Source: Octopus sinensis
Lineage: Eukaryota
Direction: 5' to 3'
Length of the DNA: 64,000 nucleotides
Assembly (NCBI RefSeq): GCF_006345805.1
Contig: NC_043011.1
Coordinates: 8,432,001 to 8,496,000 of the forward strand
Below are positions 13,926 through 27,237 of the stretch, piece after piece. Within the stretch, counting starts at the first letter, position 1, and every line of letters begins with the position of its first letter. The notes beneath the pieces were generated by a model. The model searched no databases. It saw only the letters and a program-made list of their open reading frames with translations, and had not been told where the DNA came from. The translations under genes and the position numbers were made by a program.

Positions 13926-14708
13926 ATATATAATTTCAACAATTGAGGGTAAAATTAATTAATTATTAATAAATAAAACCAAGTATTCAGTATGTAAAGG
14001 GACCATTTTAGGCGAATTCAAAATATTACATTATATATAAGGGCTTAGTAAAATAAATTACTTTGCCACATACTGAACTCATTAGAAATAGCAGCTAAAG
14101 AAATTTCTTCAGCTATTTCTAATACTTAAAGAAGATCTCTCTCAGATAGTGTTTGCCTAAACCAACTCACAAAGGTATGGGGGAAAAACATTAAAAAATC
14201 AAGTGCAAAGGTTTATTTGAGAACGTACGTTTCTAGATTAGTCAATTCGACATTTCTTTCGTCAGCTCAGAATTCCTTGAATCGTATTTGGGAACACTGA
14301 AAGTTGGGAGCATACCCTTTCGGCTTCTCATCACCTCTAGAATTCTGCTCGAACTAAAAGAGCGCTCAATCCGAATATGCAAGCGAAGAATTTTCTGCTC
14401 TCCCCCTTTCCACCAGCGTGGGTTAAAATTGACAAACACCATGTATTAACGGTGAAACCGCAGCATTTAACAGAGAGAGATGAATTATAATTTCAACAAT
14501 TGAGGGTAAAATTAATTAATTATTAATCAATTTCACCAAGTATTCAGTATGTAAAGGGACCATTTTAGGCGAATTCAAAATATTACATTATATATAAGGG
14601 CTTAGTATTAGAAATAGCTGAAGAAATTTCTTTAGCTGCTATTTCTAATGAGTTCAGTATGTGGCAAAGTAATTTATTTTACTAAGCCCTTATATATAAT
14701 GTAATATA
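13926..14708. mobile_element. Penelope-type pseudo-LTR arrangement (about 556-bp unit, partial direct repeat, inverted tail)
   Basis: 13928-14050 is repeated directly at about 14484-14606; about 14028-14145 recurs inverted at about 14603-14705; the unit contains a hammerhead motif. Confidence 0.7.
14218..14269 (-). ncRNA. Minimal type I hammerhead ribozyme
   Basis: Minus strand: tgag-CTGACGA-stem II (aga/tct, gtc/gac)-GAAA-cgtacg-T-T-ctca; palindromic stem III acgtacgt, GUU triplet, 4-bp stem I. Confidence 0.7.
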
Positions 14709-15254
14709 TTTATATATATATATAAATATATAGGCCATTGCGCCTCCATATATATAATATATAATTATATATATATATATATTATATACTATATATATAT
14801 ATATATAAACATATATAAATTAATTCAATAGCGAGATTATATTTTAGTCTCATTAAAGGCAGTTATTCAAGGGATTTGGTTAAGGGTGAAACTATTTGTA
14901 GTAGTGTATCCAAAAGAAATTCTGCTGTTCCTGTAAAAATTCACCACTTTTGTATTGAGTTTGTTCTTCCAAATAATTTTATTACCGTTAAGTAAATGTG
15001 TGAATATATTCATATACACATACATACATATACAAGCAGAGAGAGAGAGGGGGATAAACGGGGGAGAAAAGAGGAGAACGAAAGCGCGAGCAACAACGAC
15101 AGAGACGGAAAAAGAAGGAGATCAATAAAGATAGACAACGAGAGAGAGAGAGAGAGAGAGAGAGAAACGGAGAGAGAGAGAGAGGAGATGGAGGGAGAGA
15201 AAAGTATTTCGACTGGGAACACTATTATGCAGATATGTACGTTAACAAGTAGTA

Positions 15255-15274
15255 AGATAGACTGATAGACAGAC

Positions 15275-15352
<78 letters not shown>

Positions 15353-15413
15353 AAGAAAGATAGATAGACAGATAAACAGATAGACAGATAGATAGATAGA
15401 TAAACAGATAGAC

Positions 15414-15470
<57 letters not shown>

Positions 15471-15596
15471 GATAGATAGAAAGAAAGATAGATAGACAGA
15501 TAAACAGATAGACAGATAGATAGATAGATAAACAGATAGACAGATAGATAGATAGATAGATAGATAGATATAGATGAATAGATAGATAGATAGATA
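15255..15596. repeat. (GATA)n microsatellite at 3' end of Tx1 copy B
   Basis: Direct inspection. Confidence 0.95.
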
Positions 15597-15670
15597 TGTT
15601 GTTTCTTTATTAGCCACACAGGGCTGCACACAGATAGAACAATTACAAGGTAGAGCTTTTTCTTTTGAAG

Positions 15671-15710
<40 letters not shown>

Positions 15711-18700
15711 AAAGGGGATTTTCGATCAAAAGGGATCGTAAAAGGAGAGAAAGAGGACAAAAAAAAGGGGGTGGTTAAAAAAAAAAAAAAAAAAAAGGGG
15801 GGGGAGAGAAAAAAAATTGATCAATAGGGATCGTTATCACAGACATGTCAATATGAAGTGTAAAGGGAGGACAGGTGAGGTTTACCGTGGAAGAAAAGCC
15901 TACGGAAAAGACCACGGTAACCTCGGTCAATGAAGTCACATTTTATATTTCTTTTTTTTTTTGTTTTTTTGCAAATAACAACTCTCTGTTTTCGATTTCT
16001 GGGTTCATAGGACTATGCTCAGGTGGCTTCGTCATTCATACGTGCCATTCTTGCTACATTCACCCATCTTTTTTTAAAACATTCGCTAGACAAAACTTGC
16101 CTCTCTACCTCACTTTCCTTTTCAAGTGGTACTTGAAGAAGTTGATGAGAGATTGACCAGAGAGGAAAGTGTTTGTCTCCAATCCTTTCAGACGCGTCCA
16201 CCAGATACATTCTTTCGCCATAGCCACAAGGATGATGAAAATAGCTCTTCCTTCCCGTTTGAGGAAGGAGGCGTGACAATATTGACGATAGACTCAGCTG
16301 ATAAACCGACTCGTCCCACACGTGACAGCAGTTGTTCGACATAAGCCCACAGGTCGGAAATGTTTGGACACTGAACGAGTGCGTGCAGAACGGTTTCGGT
16401 CGCTCTGACCGCATCTCGGGCAGGTCGGCCCCCGTGTTTCTCGAGCCGTGTCTGTAGAGCTTATCCCGAACGGGTAGCGCTTCTCGGTAGCACTGCCAGG
16501 CCAGGGATCTCTGGAAGTTGTCCATGGGCCCTGGCCCGAAAGTCGTCCCGAACAGGCGGGTCAGGTACTCCTCGTCGACGTCCAGGTTCGCCCCGAGCTC
16601 GTCGTCGTACCTCCCCTCCACTAAACCCCTATAGAATGCTTTGGTTGTTTTGAAGTCACTTAAGGTCGACCCAGGACGGCAGAGTTGCTTGAGAGCAACG
16701 CGACACTCGCGGTGCCATTCGCCCTTCCTCGGCCTCTTTTTTGATCCACGACTGCAGTTCGGTCATGGAGACGAGCTGCGGGAAAGCGTGCCTCACAAAC
16801 GGCGACTACACCTGTTCACCGTCGTCTACATAGAGCCAGAGATGTCGGCAGTCTCAGCGCGTGTCTGCGCATCATCAACCACGGCATGCCCAGCCCTCCT
16901 TTTAACGGGTGTTGACAGCAAATGGATCTGCCTGACCATCGGGACGCATCCTTTCCACAAGAAGCGAAAGAGGATGCGTTGTAGTTTGGTGATGGTAGGG
17001 TCGGGACAAGGTACGACGGTCAGGCGGTAGTAGATGACGGACGCGATGTACGTGTTCGTCGCCACCTCGCGCTCGAGACCTTTAGGACAGTTTCCTCTCG
17101 GCCCATTGCCGGGCGAGAGTGACCACCCTACTCGTTATCTCGTTCCAGTTCTTCTCCACTTGGAGGTCCGGACCAAACCAGACCCCGAGCAACTCAACCG
17201 GGCCGTCGGTCCAGCGTACCACGACGGAGGCGCTGGTGGACGGCATGGGCTTGCTTCTCCAGGTGCCTAGTCGCAAGCCCACTGACTTTTCCCGGTTGAT
17301 TTTCGCTCCTGTCACCGCTTCGTAGTTTTTCAGTGTCTCACCGACCAGCTCGATGTGCTCGTGGCTTGACACTATGACGGTGACGTCGTCCGCGTATGCA
17401 GACACGCTCGTCCCGCATCCCAATTCTCGCGGGATGCCCCTTAGAGTCGCCAGCTTCCGCAGTAGTGGCTCAAGAGTCAATACGTATAGAAGCGCCGAGA
17501 GCGGGCATCCCTGACGGACCGAACGTGCAATGTCGGAAAGTCTCGATAGATGTCCATTTACGCGAATTACCGAACGGATGCCTCTGTACAAGGCAGCTAT
17601 CCGCCGCGGAAGACGGGACCGAAACCAGCCGCTCTCAGGACTGCCTCCAAGTATCGATGGTCTATACCCTATCAAAGGCTTTCGATTGATCCAAGTTGAT
17701 CAGGGCCCCACCCATGCCAGGTTCGTTAACTACCCTGTCTATGATGTAGCGCATCAGATGGAGGTTGTCATGGATGGTCCGGCCTGGCACGGCGCATGTT
17801 TGCGCCTTGTCGAACCAGTTTCTCGATGACAAGCGCCAACCTCTTGGCTACACCTTGGCCAAAATTTTCAAGTCTGCATTAAGCAGAGTGATGGGCCTAA
17901 AGTTATCTATTACATTTCCCTTGTTTAGATCTTTCTTCACAGTGTTACGGCTCCTCGGCTCACAAAACCAGGAATGCTCCCGTTTTGCTGCCAGTTGCAG
18001 TACACCGCCGCCAAGAGATCTCCAAACAAGTCTGGCATACAATTGTAAAGCTCGTAGGGTAGACCATCCAAACCCGGTGATTTGTCCCTCGAGTATTCTG
18101 CCATCGCTTCCGCACACGGTCGCCGCGCCGTGGGCACCTTCGCAGCACCCTGCCTTTCTTGTCGAGAGTCGTGGTAGGCTATGTAGGTAGGCACTGAAGT
18201 CCACCCTACGTTCTTTCCCTCTCCACTCGTTCCGAACAGTCGGGCAAAATGTTGCTGAAAGGCCTCACACATTTTATTTGGCTCGAGCAATTCGCGCCCC
18301 TGTTCATCTACCGTGACCGAATGGTGGCTTTGTTGCCCTGTTGCGCCTCTGCCACCCGGGCCTCTCTCGCGGCTCCAACACCTTCGTTCCTTAGAGCATG
18401 CATCCTAGCTCTGACAGCACATCCTTCGTGTTTGGCGTTGAAGTGTTGGTCGAGGGCCAACCTCGCCGCCAAAACGTCGGATGCGATGCCGCTTCTAATT
18501 GCCTCTTCTAGCTGCTCTTAACTAGCTCACCCTCTACTCTATTTCTATCTATGGCTAGTGCTTTGCTTACCTAATCGCTTCTGCTTTTACTGCTCTCTTG
18601 AGGGCAACCACCATTTGTTGTTGATGATGGCTCCCGTCAAGCCCTCTTTACTAGTGTGCTAATCCGGTCTCTGAAAACCTGTCTCGATGGGAAAGACGCG

Positions 18701-19147
18701 TTTAGTTTCCAGTATCCGGGACCCGTGCCTAAGTGTCTTACCTAAGTCTATAGCGTACATGTCACAAGTTTGTGATCCTGTTAGCTGACTATGTGGAAAT
18801 GTGGACATCCATGCTATCTCTATCTACTGTCCTACACAGTATCCTATCTAGATACGATCTCGACGACCCGATGCGGTTGCTCCATGTCCACGTTGGCGCA
18901 TTCGGGTGGTCTAGTCGGAACCTGTCAGACAGTTGAAAGCCGTCTGAGCAGGTCTCTGAGGCATTGCATCCCCGTCTATTCCTATCTCTACCCACGTAGT
19001 CTACATGCGTGTCCAAGGTAGCATTCCAATCCCCCACTAAGAGTAAAGGACGAGACGTTCCCAAGAAAACTTCTAGACGTTGAAAGAAATCCGCCCGACC
19101 TGTTAAGGGCGGTGCGTAAACTGATACGAGCCGAAAAGCGCACCCAT
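15597..19147 (-). mobile_element. Tx1/L1-like LINE, GATA-associated family, copy B (5'-truncated in APE endonuclease)
   Basis: GCAFRLVSVYAPP..LLVGDWNA..SYLDRIL (EN), KSPGLDGLPYELY, NFRPITLLNADLKILAKV, VRQGCPLS, YADD; many frameshifts; same 3' tail as copy A. Confidence 0.92.
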
Positions 19148-19173
19148 AGATAGACAGGTAGGTAGGTAGATAG

Positions 19174-19256
<83 letters not shown>

Positions 19257-19275
19257 CAGGTAGGTAGGTAGATAG
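19148..19275. repeat. (GATA)n/(GGTA)n at 5' junction of Tx1 copy B
   Basis: Direct inspection. Confidence 0.9.
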
Positions 19276-19506
19276 ACAGATGCATGATAGTCCAAGACTG
19301 GAAGAACGAGAGAAAGTGAGAGAGTAGGATTGAGAGAGAAAGGAAAAGGAAGAGAAAGAAAGAAAGACAGAAAGAAAGAAAGAGAACAATAGACAATATT
19401 ACGAAATGCAAAATTGAAAATTAAATAAGATAGACAAACACATATATAGATACATATATAGAGTAGAGGAAGACAGAAGCAGAAGGAAAGGTCACACACA
19501 CACACG

Positions 19507-19557
<51 letters not shown>

Positions 19558-19836
19558 GCATACATACATAGAGGCAGAGAGAGGGAGACGGAGAGGGAGA
19601 GACAGACAACAAAGCTTGATGAAGTAAAAAAAGAAGACAAGCTGAGAAAGAAGTGGGAAGTTTATAGGCGTGCACTGTCTCACCCACACATAGCAATGGA
19701 GTTCAGGTAATTTTCTCACCTGTGTATAGTCGTGTAGGTTTTGGTGTGTGTGTGTGTGTGTGTGTATGAGTGTGTGTACGTGGGCATGTATATATATATA
19801 TATGTATATATATTATCGCATATATATATATATCAC

Positions 19837-19870
<34 letters not shown>

Positions 19871-19948
19871 ATATACGATATATACTTGTATATATACTAT
19901 ATATACTTGTATATATATATACACTCATTCACTTATGCATATGCATAA

Positions 19949-19986
<38 letters not shown>

Positions 19987-20153
19987 GTATATGCATATAT
20001 ATGTATGTATATCTGTTTGGATATATTTATATATATATATATATACACATACATGCATAAATACATATATCTGTGTATATATGTATGAATGCTCCCTTTG
20101 ATATGTAGATATCCATGTATACACAAACATATATATATACAAACATATATATG

Positions 20154-20221
<68 letters not shown>

Positions 20222-20551
20222 TTATACGTATCTATGTGTTCTATTTTTCTGTTTTTTTTCTGTCTTTCTTTTGTCTATTTTTTTCTTAGAATTGTTTAGG
20301 GCAATGCTTCACCAGGCGTCCGTTTATGGTAATTTTACTGTTTTTATTATGGAAGTGGCACATACGGTTGGGTATGAGGCTATTAAGTTACCTTCCTCTG
20401 GGTCCTCACTTGAAATTCCCTTCCCCCCACCATAGCCCGGTGGATTTGGACATTGTCTTTCACACCTCTGTGGTCTGTAAAAAATGTACCTAAATATTCG
20501 TCCGTGTGCTTGTGTATAGAAATATATACGCGCAAACACTCAGGTACGTGC

Positions 20552-20587
<36 letters not shown>

Positions 20588-20869
20588 CTACTTACATCTA
20601 AAATGCATGCATATGTGTTCGTATGTTGTGTATGTGAATAATATGTGTGTGTGTTTTTTTATATATGGATATATTACATATTCAAGTTGATATATATATA
20701 TATATATATATATATACTTGCACTCATACGTACACACGTATTTGTTTACACAACATGCATGTGTAAGTATATATATATATATATATGCATATAGATATAT
20801 TTTCATATACATATATATGTATGTATATATATACATATATATATATATATGTATCTATCTATCTATCTA

Positions 20870-20924
<55 letters not shown>

Positions 20925-20929
20925 ATATA

Positions 20930-20978
<49 letters not shown>

Positions 20979-21560
20979 TATATATGGGAATTCAATCTGA
21001 AAAGATATTTCAATGAAGACCCTGCAGAGAATAAAATTCAAGTGCAACAGTTACTAAGCGACATAGTTGAAACATATGTAGGAGAATAGTAAGCTGTATT
21101 TAAACCAAAATATAAACTAAAACTCGTGAAATGCTACTTCCTGACACCCATTTTTTTCAGGTATTATTACAGGTATTTGTTGGAAGTCCTAAAGTCTTGC
21201 ATGCGTAGCGGGCTTACTACCTACACCTTACGATACCATGCTATTATCCGCGCCTTTCAGCTATCTTATACTTTCCTGATATTTCTGACCGTTCCAAGGA
21301 GGCAAACATTTTGTAGCAGTTCTACTGGGCACTCTATTCCAAAATCATTTATATTCCTCTTGACACCTGATATTTTCAGAGAAGGAAATGAAGAAGAAGG
21401 AGGGAAAGCAGAAAAAATGTGATGACATCTTTTCAGCTGGTCAGTCTTTCAATAGTAAATGATTCTTGGCTTTTAGAAAAGGCAAACCCAGCTGGTGACT
21501 CCAAGGGGGACAAAATTTAACTTTTTAAAAAATTGTCTGGATTTCTGTATATCATTGTCT

Positions 21561-21564
<4 letters not shown>

Positions 21565-21602
<38 letters not shown>

Positions 21603-21910
21603 TGTGTGCGCGCGCGTGTGTGGGTGTCTGTGTATCTGAAAGAAGTATGAAGGGAAAAGAGAAGGAAAGGAAGGAAGAGGAGAGAAAGAAGGAAAATATG
21701 TGTTGGTATCTTTGCAACTGGTCTGTCTTTCAATAATAAATGATTCTTCGCCATTTCTAAAAGCCAAGAATCATTTACTATTGAAAGAACGACCAGTTGC
21801 AAAGATGTCAACACATTTTTCTTCTTTCCTTCCTTCTTCTTCCTTTCCTTCTCTTTTCCATTGACACCCCTTTCAGATACAAAAGCACACACGCACACAC
21901 ATACGCACAC
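21565..21910. repeat. Long imperfect palindrome (inverted duplication)
   Basis: atgtgttggtatctttgcaactggtc..tcaataataaatgattctt is mirrored by aagaatcatttactattga..gaccagttgcaaagatgtcaacacat; purine/pyrimidine flanks, tgtatctgaaa/tttcagataca and (TG)n/(CA)n also mirror. Confidence 0.85.
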
Positions 21911-22184
21911 TCTCTCACTTTCTCCCCATTCCTCACCCTATTGTACTATCTTATATCTCTCCACCCCCACGCACTCAATAATACTACAAAAAGAGACAAA
22001 TTCCTGAAAAAGTTCAATCTGACGACTCCACTACAGTGGACGCAAGCGCTAATATATGATATAAAAAAACATGTTACATATTAATAATTATCTGTAAATA
22101 TAAAACCGTCCCGATTTCTGAGTACCTCATTTCTTCTCCAAAACTTCTTATATATATATATAAATATAATATATATATATTATA

Positions 22185-22240
<56 letters not shown>

Positions 22241-22243
<3 letters not shown>

Positions 22244-22639
22244 CGCAGGAGTGGCTGTGTGGTAAGTAGCTTGCTAACCAACCACATGATTCCGGGTTCA
22301 GTCCCACTGCGTGGCATCTTGGGCAAGTGTCTTCTGCTATAGCCCCGGGCCGATCAATGCCTTGTGAGTGGATTTGGCAGACGGAAACTGAAAGAAGCCT
22401 GTCGTATATATGCATATATATATGTATGTGTGTGTGTGTTTGTGTGTCTGTGTCTGTCCCCCTAGCGTTGCTTGAAAACCGATGCTGGTGTGTTTGCGTC
22501 CCCGTCACTTAGCGGTTCGGCAAAAGAGACCGATAGAATAAGTACTGGGCATACAAAGAATAAGTCCCGGGGTCGATTTGCTCGACTGAAGGCGGTGCTC
22601 CAGCATGGCCGCAGTCAAATGACTGAAACAAGTAAAAGA

Positions 22640-22641
<2 letters not shown>
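22241..22641 (+). mobile_element. SINE family B, full length
   Basis: Close match to 1889-2298; inserted in (TA)n. Confidence 0.88.
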
Positions 22642-22679
<38 letters not shown>

Positions 22680-22794
22680 AGTATATATTATATATATATA
22701 TACGAAACTAGGATATATATATATATATATTATATATATATATCCTAGTTTTGTCAGTATTATCTTGAATAATGAGAAGTATCATTAATAATCT

Positions 22795-22996
22795 TTTCTA
22801 CACGGCCTCGAATTTGGGGGAAGGGATTAAGTCGATTACGTCGACTCCAGTGGGTAACTGGTACTTATTTAATCGCCCCCGAAATGATGAAAAGTAAAGT
22901 CGGCCTCGGCAGAATTTGAACTCAGAACGTAAAGATAGACGAAACAGCGCTAAGCATTTCGCCCGAGGGGCTAACGATTTTGCCATCTCGCCGCCT
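22795..22996 (-). mobile_element. SINE family A head/core with an alternative tail
   Basis: Head and core as family A, but tail reads ..ttaatcccttcccccaaattcgaggccgtg instead of the Tx1-like tail. Confidence 0.7.
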
Positions 22997-23001
22997 TAAT
23001 A

Positions 23002-23049
<48 letters not shown>

Positions 23050-23062
23050 TAATAATAATAAT

Positions 23063-23232
23063 AAATCTTTACTACCCACAAGGGGCTAAACACAGAGAGG
23101 ACAAACAAGGACAGACAAACGGATTAAGTCGATTATATCGACCCCGGTGCGTAACTGGTACCTATTCAATCGACCCCGAAAGGATGAAAGGCAAACTTGA
23201 CCTCGGCGGAATTTGAACTCAGAACCTAGCGG
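23063..23232 (-). mobile_element. SINE family A (5'-truncated) with Tx1-like tail
   Basis: Reverse complement of gttctgagttcaaattccgccgagg..tgtgtttagccccttgtgggtagtaaag followed by (TTA)n. Confidence 0.8.
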
Positions 23233-23253
23233 TCGGGCTACAGCAAATATTCT

Positions 23254-23460
23254 GCTGAAATGCCCTGATGCAGTACCAGGCAGTGGCTCTCGTGGCTTCT
23301 CATCTTAAATGATTAGAAGTGTTATCATGTACATTGTTTTGTCTTTGTATAAAAGATGGCCTACAGCAAATATTCTTCTCAATACCACATATTTGCTTGT
23401 CAGTTGTTTGACCTTAACCAGTTGAGCATGTCTCTTAGTGGCTGACGATATGTGCATCTC
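23254..23460 (+). repeat. Partial inverted copy of the 26537-27080 element
   Basis: atgcagtaccaggcagtggctctc..tgtacattgttttgtc..ccagttgagcatgtc.cttagtggctgacgat is the reverse complement of about 26890-27080. Confidence 0.8.
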
Positions 23461-24484
23461 TGTATTTTATCGGCCCCAGAAGGATCAGAAGCAATGTTAA
23501 ACTTCAGAACACTAAGTCACGTAATCTAATTCTCTTAATCATCGCCCAGTCGCTTTAACGATTCTGTTAACAGAAGAGTTTTAGAAAAAACCCCGAAAAA
23601 CAGTATCTTGGGTGGAATCATTCATGTCTTTTTTAGAGATCGAACAGGCAACCGTCGATTGTAATACGTTCGATTCTGTTTGTTAGGAAACACTTCATCC
23701 ATTGCAATAGCTTTCTACAGACTCCTCCAATGTTGATTAGTTTGTTTTTTTCTTTTGCATTATGCGACGGTCGTCGACTCTGTCAAATGTTGTACTGAAG
23801 TCAAAATACATGATTTATATGTTGGAACCCTTTCCCTAAGCATTTAAAATGTCTTTTCATCAACGTGGTGCAGAATCTGTTTTAAGCAGTCTCTACCACA
23901 GAAATCCTGCTGGTTTGGATTTAGGAGATAGTTGCTTTCTAACAAGTCTGTCACCTCTTTTTCGTCTTTCTTTTCTCTCACCACCCTCACAACTTCTTAA
24001 ATGATAAGAGAGGAAATAAGATCGGACGGTAAGCTACTTCAAGGGGCTTAGTTCCTCTCTTTGAAAACTGAGATGACAGACAGGGGCAGAACATGTACAG
24101 GTACATAGAGCCTCTGTCTAGAGATTTCTCCAGATTAGCAGAGATTAGTAGAGATCAGCAGAGATTAGGTGACGCAAGTTAATATTAACACTCCTATGAA
24201 AGCCATCGAAGTTCACTGGTGAATTGTATATAATCATTGAAATATCTCTCGCTATTTTCCCTCTTATGTTCGGGGTGTCGAATGTTATGTCAGGGGTCAT
24301 ATAATTGAAGCTTGCTGTTTTAATAAACTGGCAGTGTATCGGTTGCAACGAGAAGAGATTCAGTTGATCCTATGAACAGGACAGCCAGCTTGATAAATTA
24401 AAATGCAAGAAGCATAGCACTCCACGGACACACGTATCTTCAACGAAAGTTCTCGTAGACATTCAGCAAGGAAACAGAATATAT

Positions 24485-24778
24485 CAGTGCGTAACTGGTA
24501 CTTATTTAGTCGATCCCGAAAGGATGAAAGGCAAAGTCGTTGGAATTTGAACTTAGAACGTAGCGGCAGACGAAATACCTATTTCTTTACTACCCACAAG
24601 GGTTAAACAGAGAAGGGACAAATAAAGACAGACAAATAGATTAAGTCTATTATATCGACCCCGAAAGGATGAAAAGCAAAATCGACCTCGACGGAATTTG
24701 AACTCAGAACATAACGGCAGACGAAATATGGCTACGCATTTCGTCCGGCGTGCTAACGATTCTGCCAGCTCACCCCCT
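24485..24778 (-). mobile_element. SINE family A dimer
   Basis: Same gtaaagaaat|aggtatttcg junction as at 9001 and 29211, on the minus strand. Confidence 0.8.
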
Positions 24779-25007
24779 TTACGTCACCGTACTCCATCGT
24801 GTATAAGATGCATCTATGTATAAGTCGCATCTTAATGTTTTCAATTAAAATCTAGAATAAAATAGTGCGGTAATTACAGTATATAGGGATGCAAGCATTT
24901 AAAAACTCTTACATATACGTGCACACACAAATATGCATATATAGATACATGTATGGGTGTATTCATTGTTTCTGCTAAATATTAATATAAAATATAGTCC
25001 CACTGTG

Positions 25008-25100
25008 CGGCACCTTGGGCAAGTGTCTTCTACTATAGCTTCGGGCCGAAAAAAGACTTGTGAGTGGATTTGGTAGGCGGAAACTGAAAGAAGCCCGTCG
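25008..25100 (+). mobile_element. SINE family B fragment
   Basis: cccactgtgcggcaccttgggcaagtgtcttctactatagc..gaaactgaaagaagcccgtcg. Confidence 0.75.
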
Positions 25101-25257
25101 TATATATACACACACACACATACACCTACACGCACACACACACACATGTATATATATATATATAGGTATATATTTTGAAAAGGCTAAGAGGTGTTTTAGA
25201 ATATATGCATTATTGATCGTTTATGTGTGTGTATACATATATATATGTATATATATG

Positions 25258-25319
<62 letters not shown>

Positions 25320-25445
25320 TACATATATGCATATGCTAAAGTCCTACAACCCTGCTCTCTTTCTATTAATCCCTCTGTCCTTCATTTTCACCTTCTCTCT
25401 CTCTCTTTCTCTCTCATTCTCTCTCTCTTTCTCTCTCTCTCTCCC

Positions 25446-25530
<85 letters not shown>

Positions 25531-26078
25531 ACAATACATCATCATACATCCTCCTCACACTTTCTGCTCCTATTCTTTTTTCTCTCTTTCTTTTACTTCC
25601 CAGTTTTACGACTCTTTCCTTTATTTGTTTATTTATTTATTTATTCGTTTTCTTTTTTTTTATTTTCTTCTATTTTTTTTTCTCGGCCCCTAAAAACACC
25701 GAGCTTTTACTTCACCCACTACCTTAGCAAAAACCCCTAAAAAAAATTGCATATAAAACAACTTCCAAACTTTAACTACCATATATCTTGCAGACACACA
25801 ACATTAAAAGGCCACATTTTTCTCGTTTTTCTCTCCGTTTACCTTAAAATTATTTCGTTTATTATTTTTCTAAAACGTTTTAATCTTTGTTTAAATGTTT
25901 GTACAATTTTAGTTTAATTTATGATTCTATTCTTTTTATTATTCTACTGTTACATTTTAATTATCGATAATTTATGACTGCTTGTCTCCTTTTAAATTCT
26001 TTATTATATTAAATCTCAGTGTTTTGTTCTAAGAACTTCAAAAATAGATTTCTTATTTTCTTACATTATATATATGTA

Positions 26079-26260
<182 letters not shown>

Positions 26261-26408
26261 ATGTATGGTTATTTCAATCAGGCGAGCTGAGCTCAAATTC
26301 CTTCAGAGTCAACTTTACCTTTCGCCCATCCGAGGTCGATAAATAAAAAAAAAAAACAGTTGTATATATAAGAGATGAGGAATTATGTACCTTATTTACA
26401 TTATTTAC

Positions 26409-26476
26409 ATTTGACAGATATTTGTTGTTAACACAACGTTTCGGCTGATATACCCTCTAGCCTTCATCAAATGTCT
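26409..26476 (-). ncRNA. Degenerate hammerhead-like motif
   Basis: Minus strand TTGATGA-a-ggct..agcc-GAAAC-gttgt/acaac..GTC; C3 is replaced by T and stem I register is imperfect. Confidence 0.4.
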
Positions 26477-26536
26477 TGGGGAAATTTCGAACCTAGGTTC
26501 TCAATCCTTAGGTATTATTATTATTATTATTATTGA

Positions 26537-27079
26537 GTGAGAGAGCATTGCATGCCATCAAAGTGACACTGGGGTAAAATATACGAAGCCCAATATACCC
26601 ATCATGACTGCCTGTCTGATAAGGGTACACCAGGCACATGCATCACAACCATATGTGCGCCACATGGTGATCTCATATCAAGATAAACAGCACATGACCT
26701 TGCAGGTGGGGCCCAGTTAGAATTTTCTTCAGGTTGAGTAGCCCATCCCGCTCAAAAGGTCCCTGAATAAGGGTTGTTTAAGGATGTTGAAAGAACCACC
26801 CATGTTTCCAGAGGTGAATTATTCAAACCCCAAAGAATCCCTCTCAACACATGGCTATGATGCTCCCCCACTACTTCTGCTCGTGATCAGAGATGCATAT
26901 ATCGTCAGCCACTAAGGGACATGCTCAACTGGTTAAGGTCAAACAACTGACAAGCAAATCTGTGGTATTGAGCTGAATATTTGCTGTAGCCCATCTTTTA
27001 TACCAAGACAAAACAATGTACATGATAACACTTCCAATCAGTTAAGATCAGAAGCCATGAGAGCCACTGCCTGGTACTG

Positions 27080-27080
<1 letters not shown>
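26537..27080. repeat. About 545-bp non-coding interspersed repeat bounded by (ATT)n on both sides
   Basis: Flanks seen directly; second partial copy at 23254-23460; no ORF in the track. Confidence 0.7.
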
Positions 27081-27121
<41 letters not shown>

Positions 27122-27132
27122 CATTATTATTA

Positions 27133-27169
<37 letters not shown>

Positions 27170-27176
<7 letters not shown>

Positions 27177-27237
27177 ACTGCTTGAAATCGAACTCGGAAT
27201 CTTGGAGTTAGTAGCCCGCGCTTTTAACCACTATGTC
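27170..27237 (-). mobile_element. Short tRNA-like SINE head running into (AAT)n
   Basis: Minus strand gacatagtggttaaaagcgcgggctactaactcc..gagttcgatttc..ccctg-aataataat; A and B boxes present, acceptor stem not intact. Confidence 0.6.

Noticed and set aside
18500-18790. Programmed frameshifts or a distinct insertion in Tx1 copy B
   Set aside because: Dense scattered 1-nt indels fit decay or consensus error better.
23470-24480. Host exon in non-repetitive stretch
   Set aside because: Only one short ORF with no recognisable domain or convincing splice-bounded frame.
26890-27080. snRNA-derived head (U2/U4/U5/U6) for the (ATT)n-bounded element
   Set aside because: No recognisable match to the conserved snRNA sequences by eye.
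27170-27237. Functional tRNA gene, also the heads at 62590-62655 and 63537-63600
   Set aside because: A/B boxes present but no closed acceptor stem, and they continue into SINE bodies or microsatellite.
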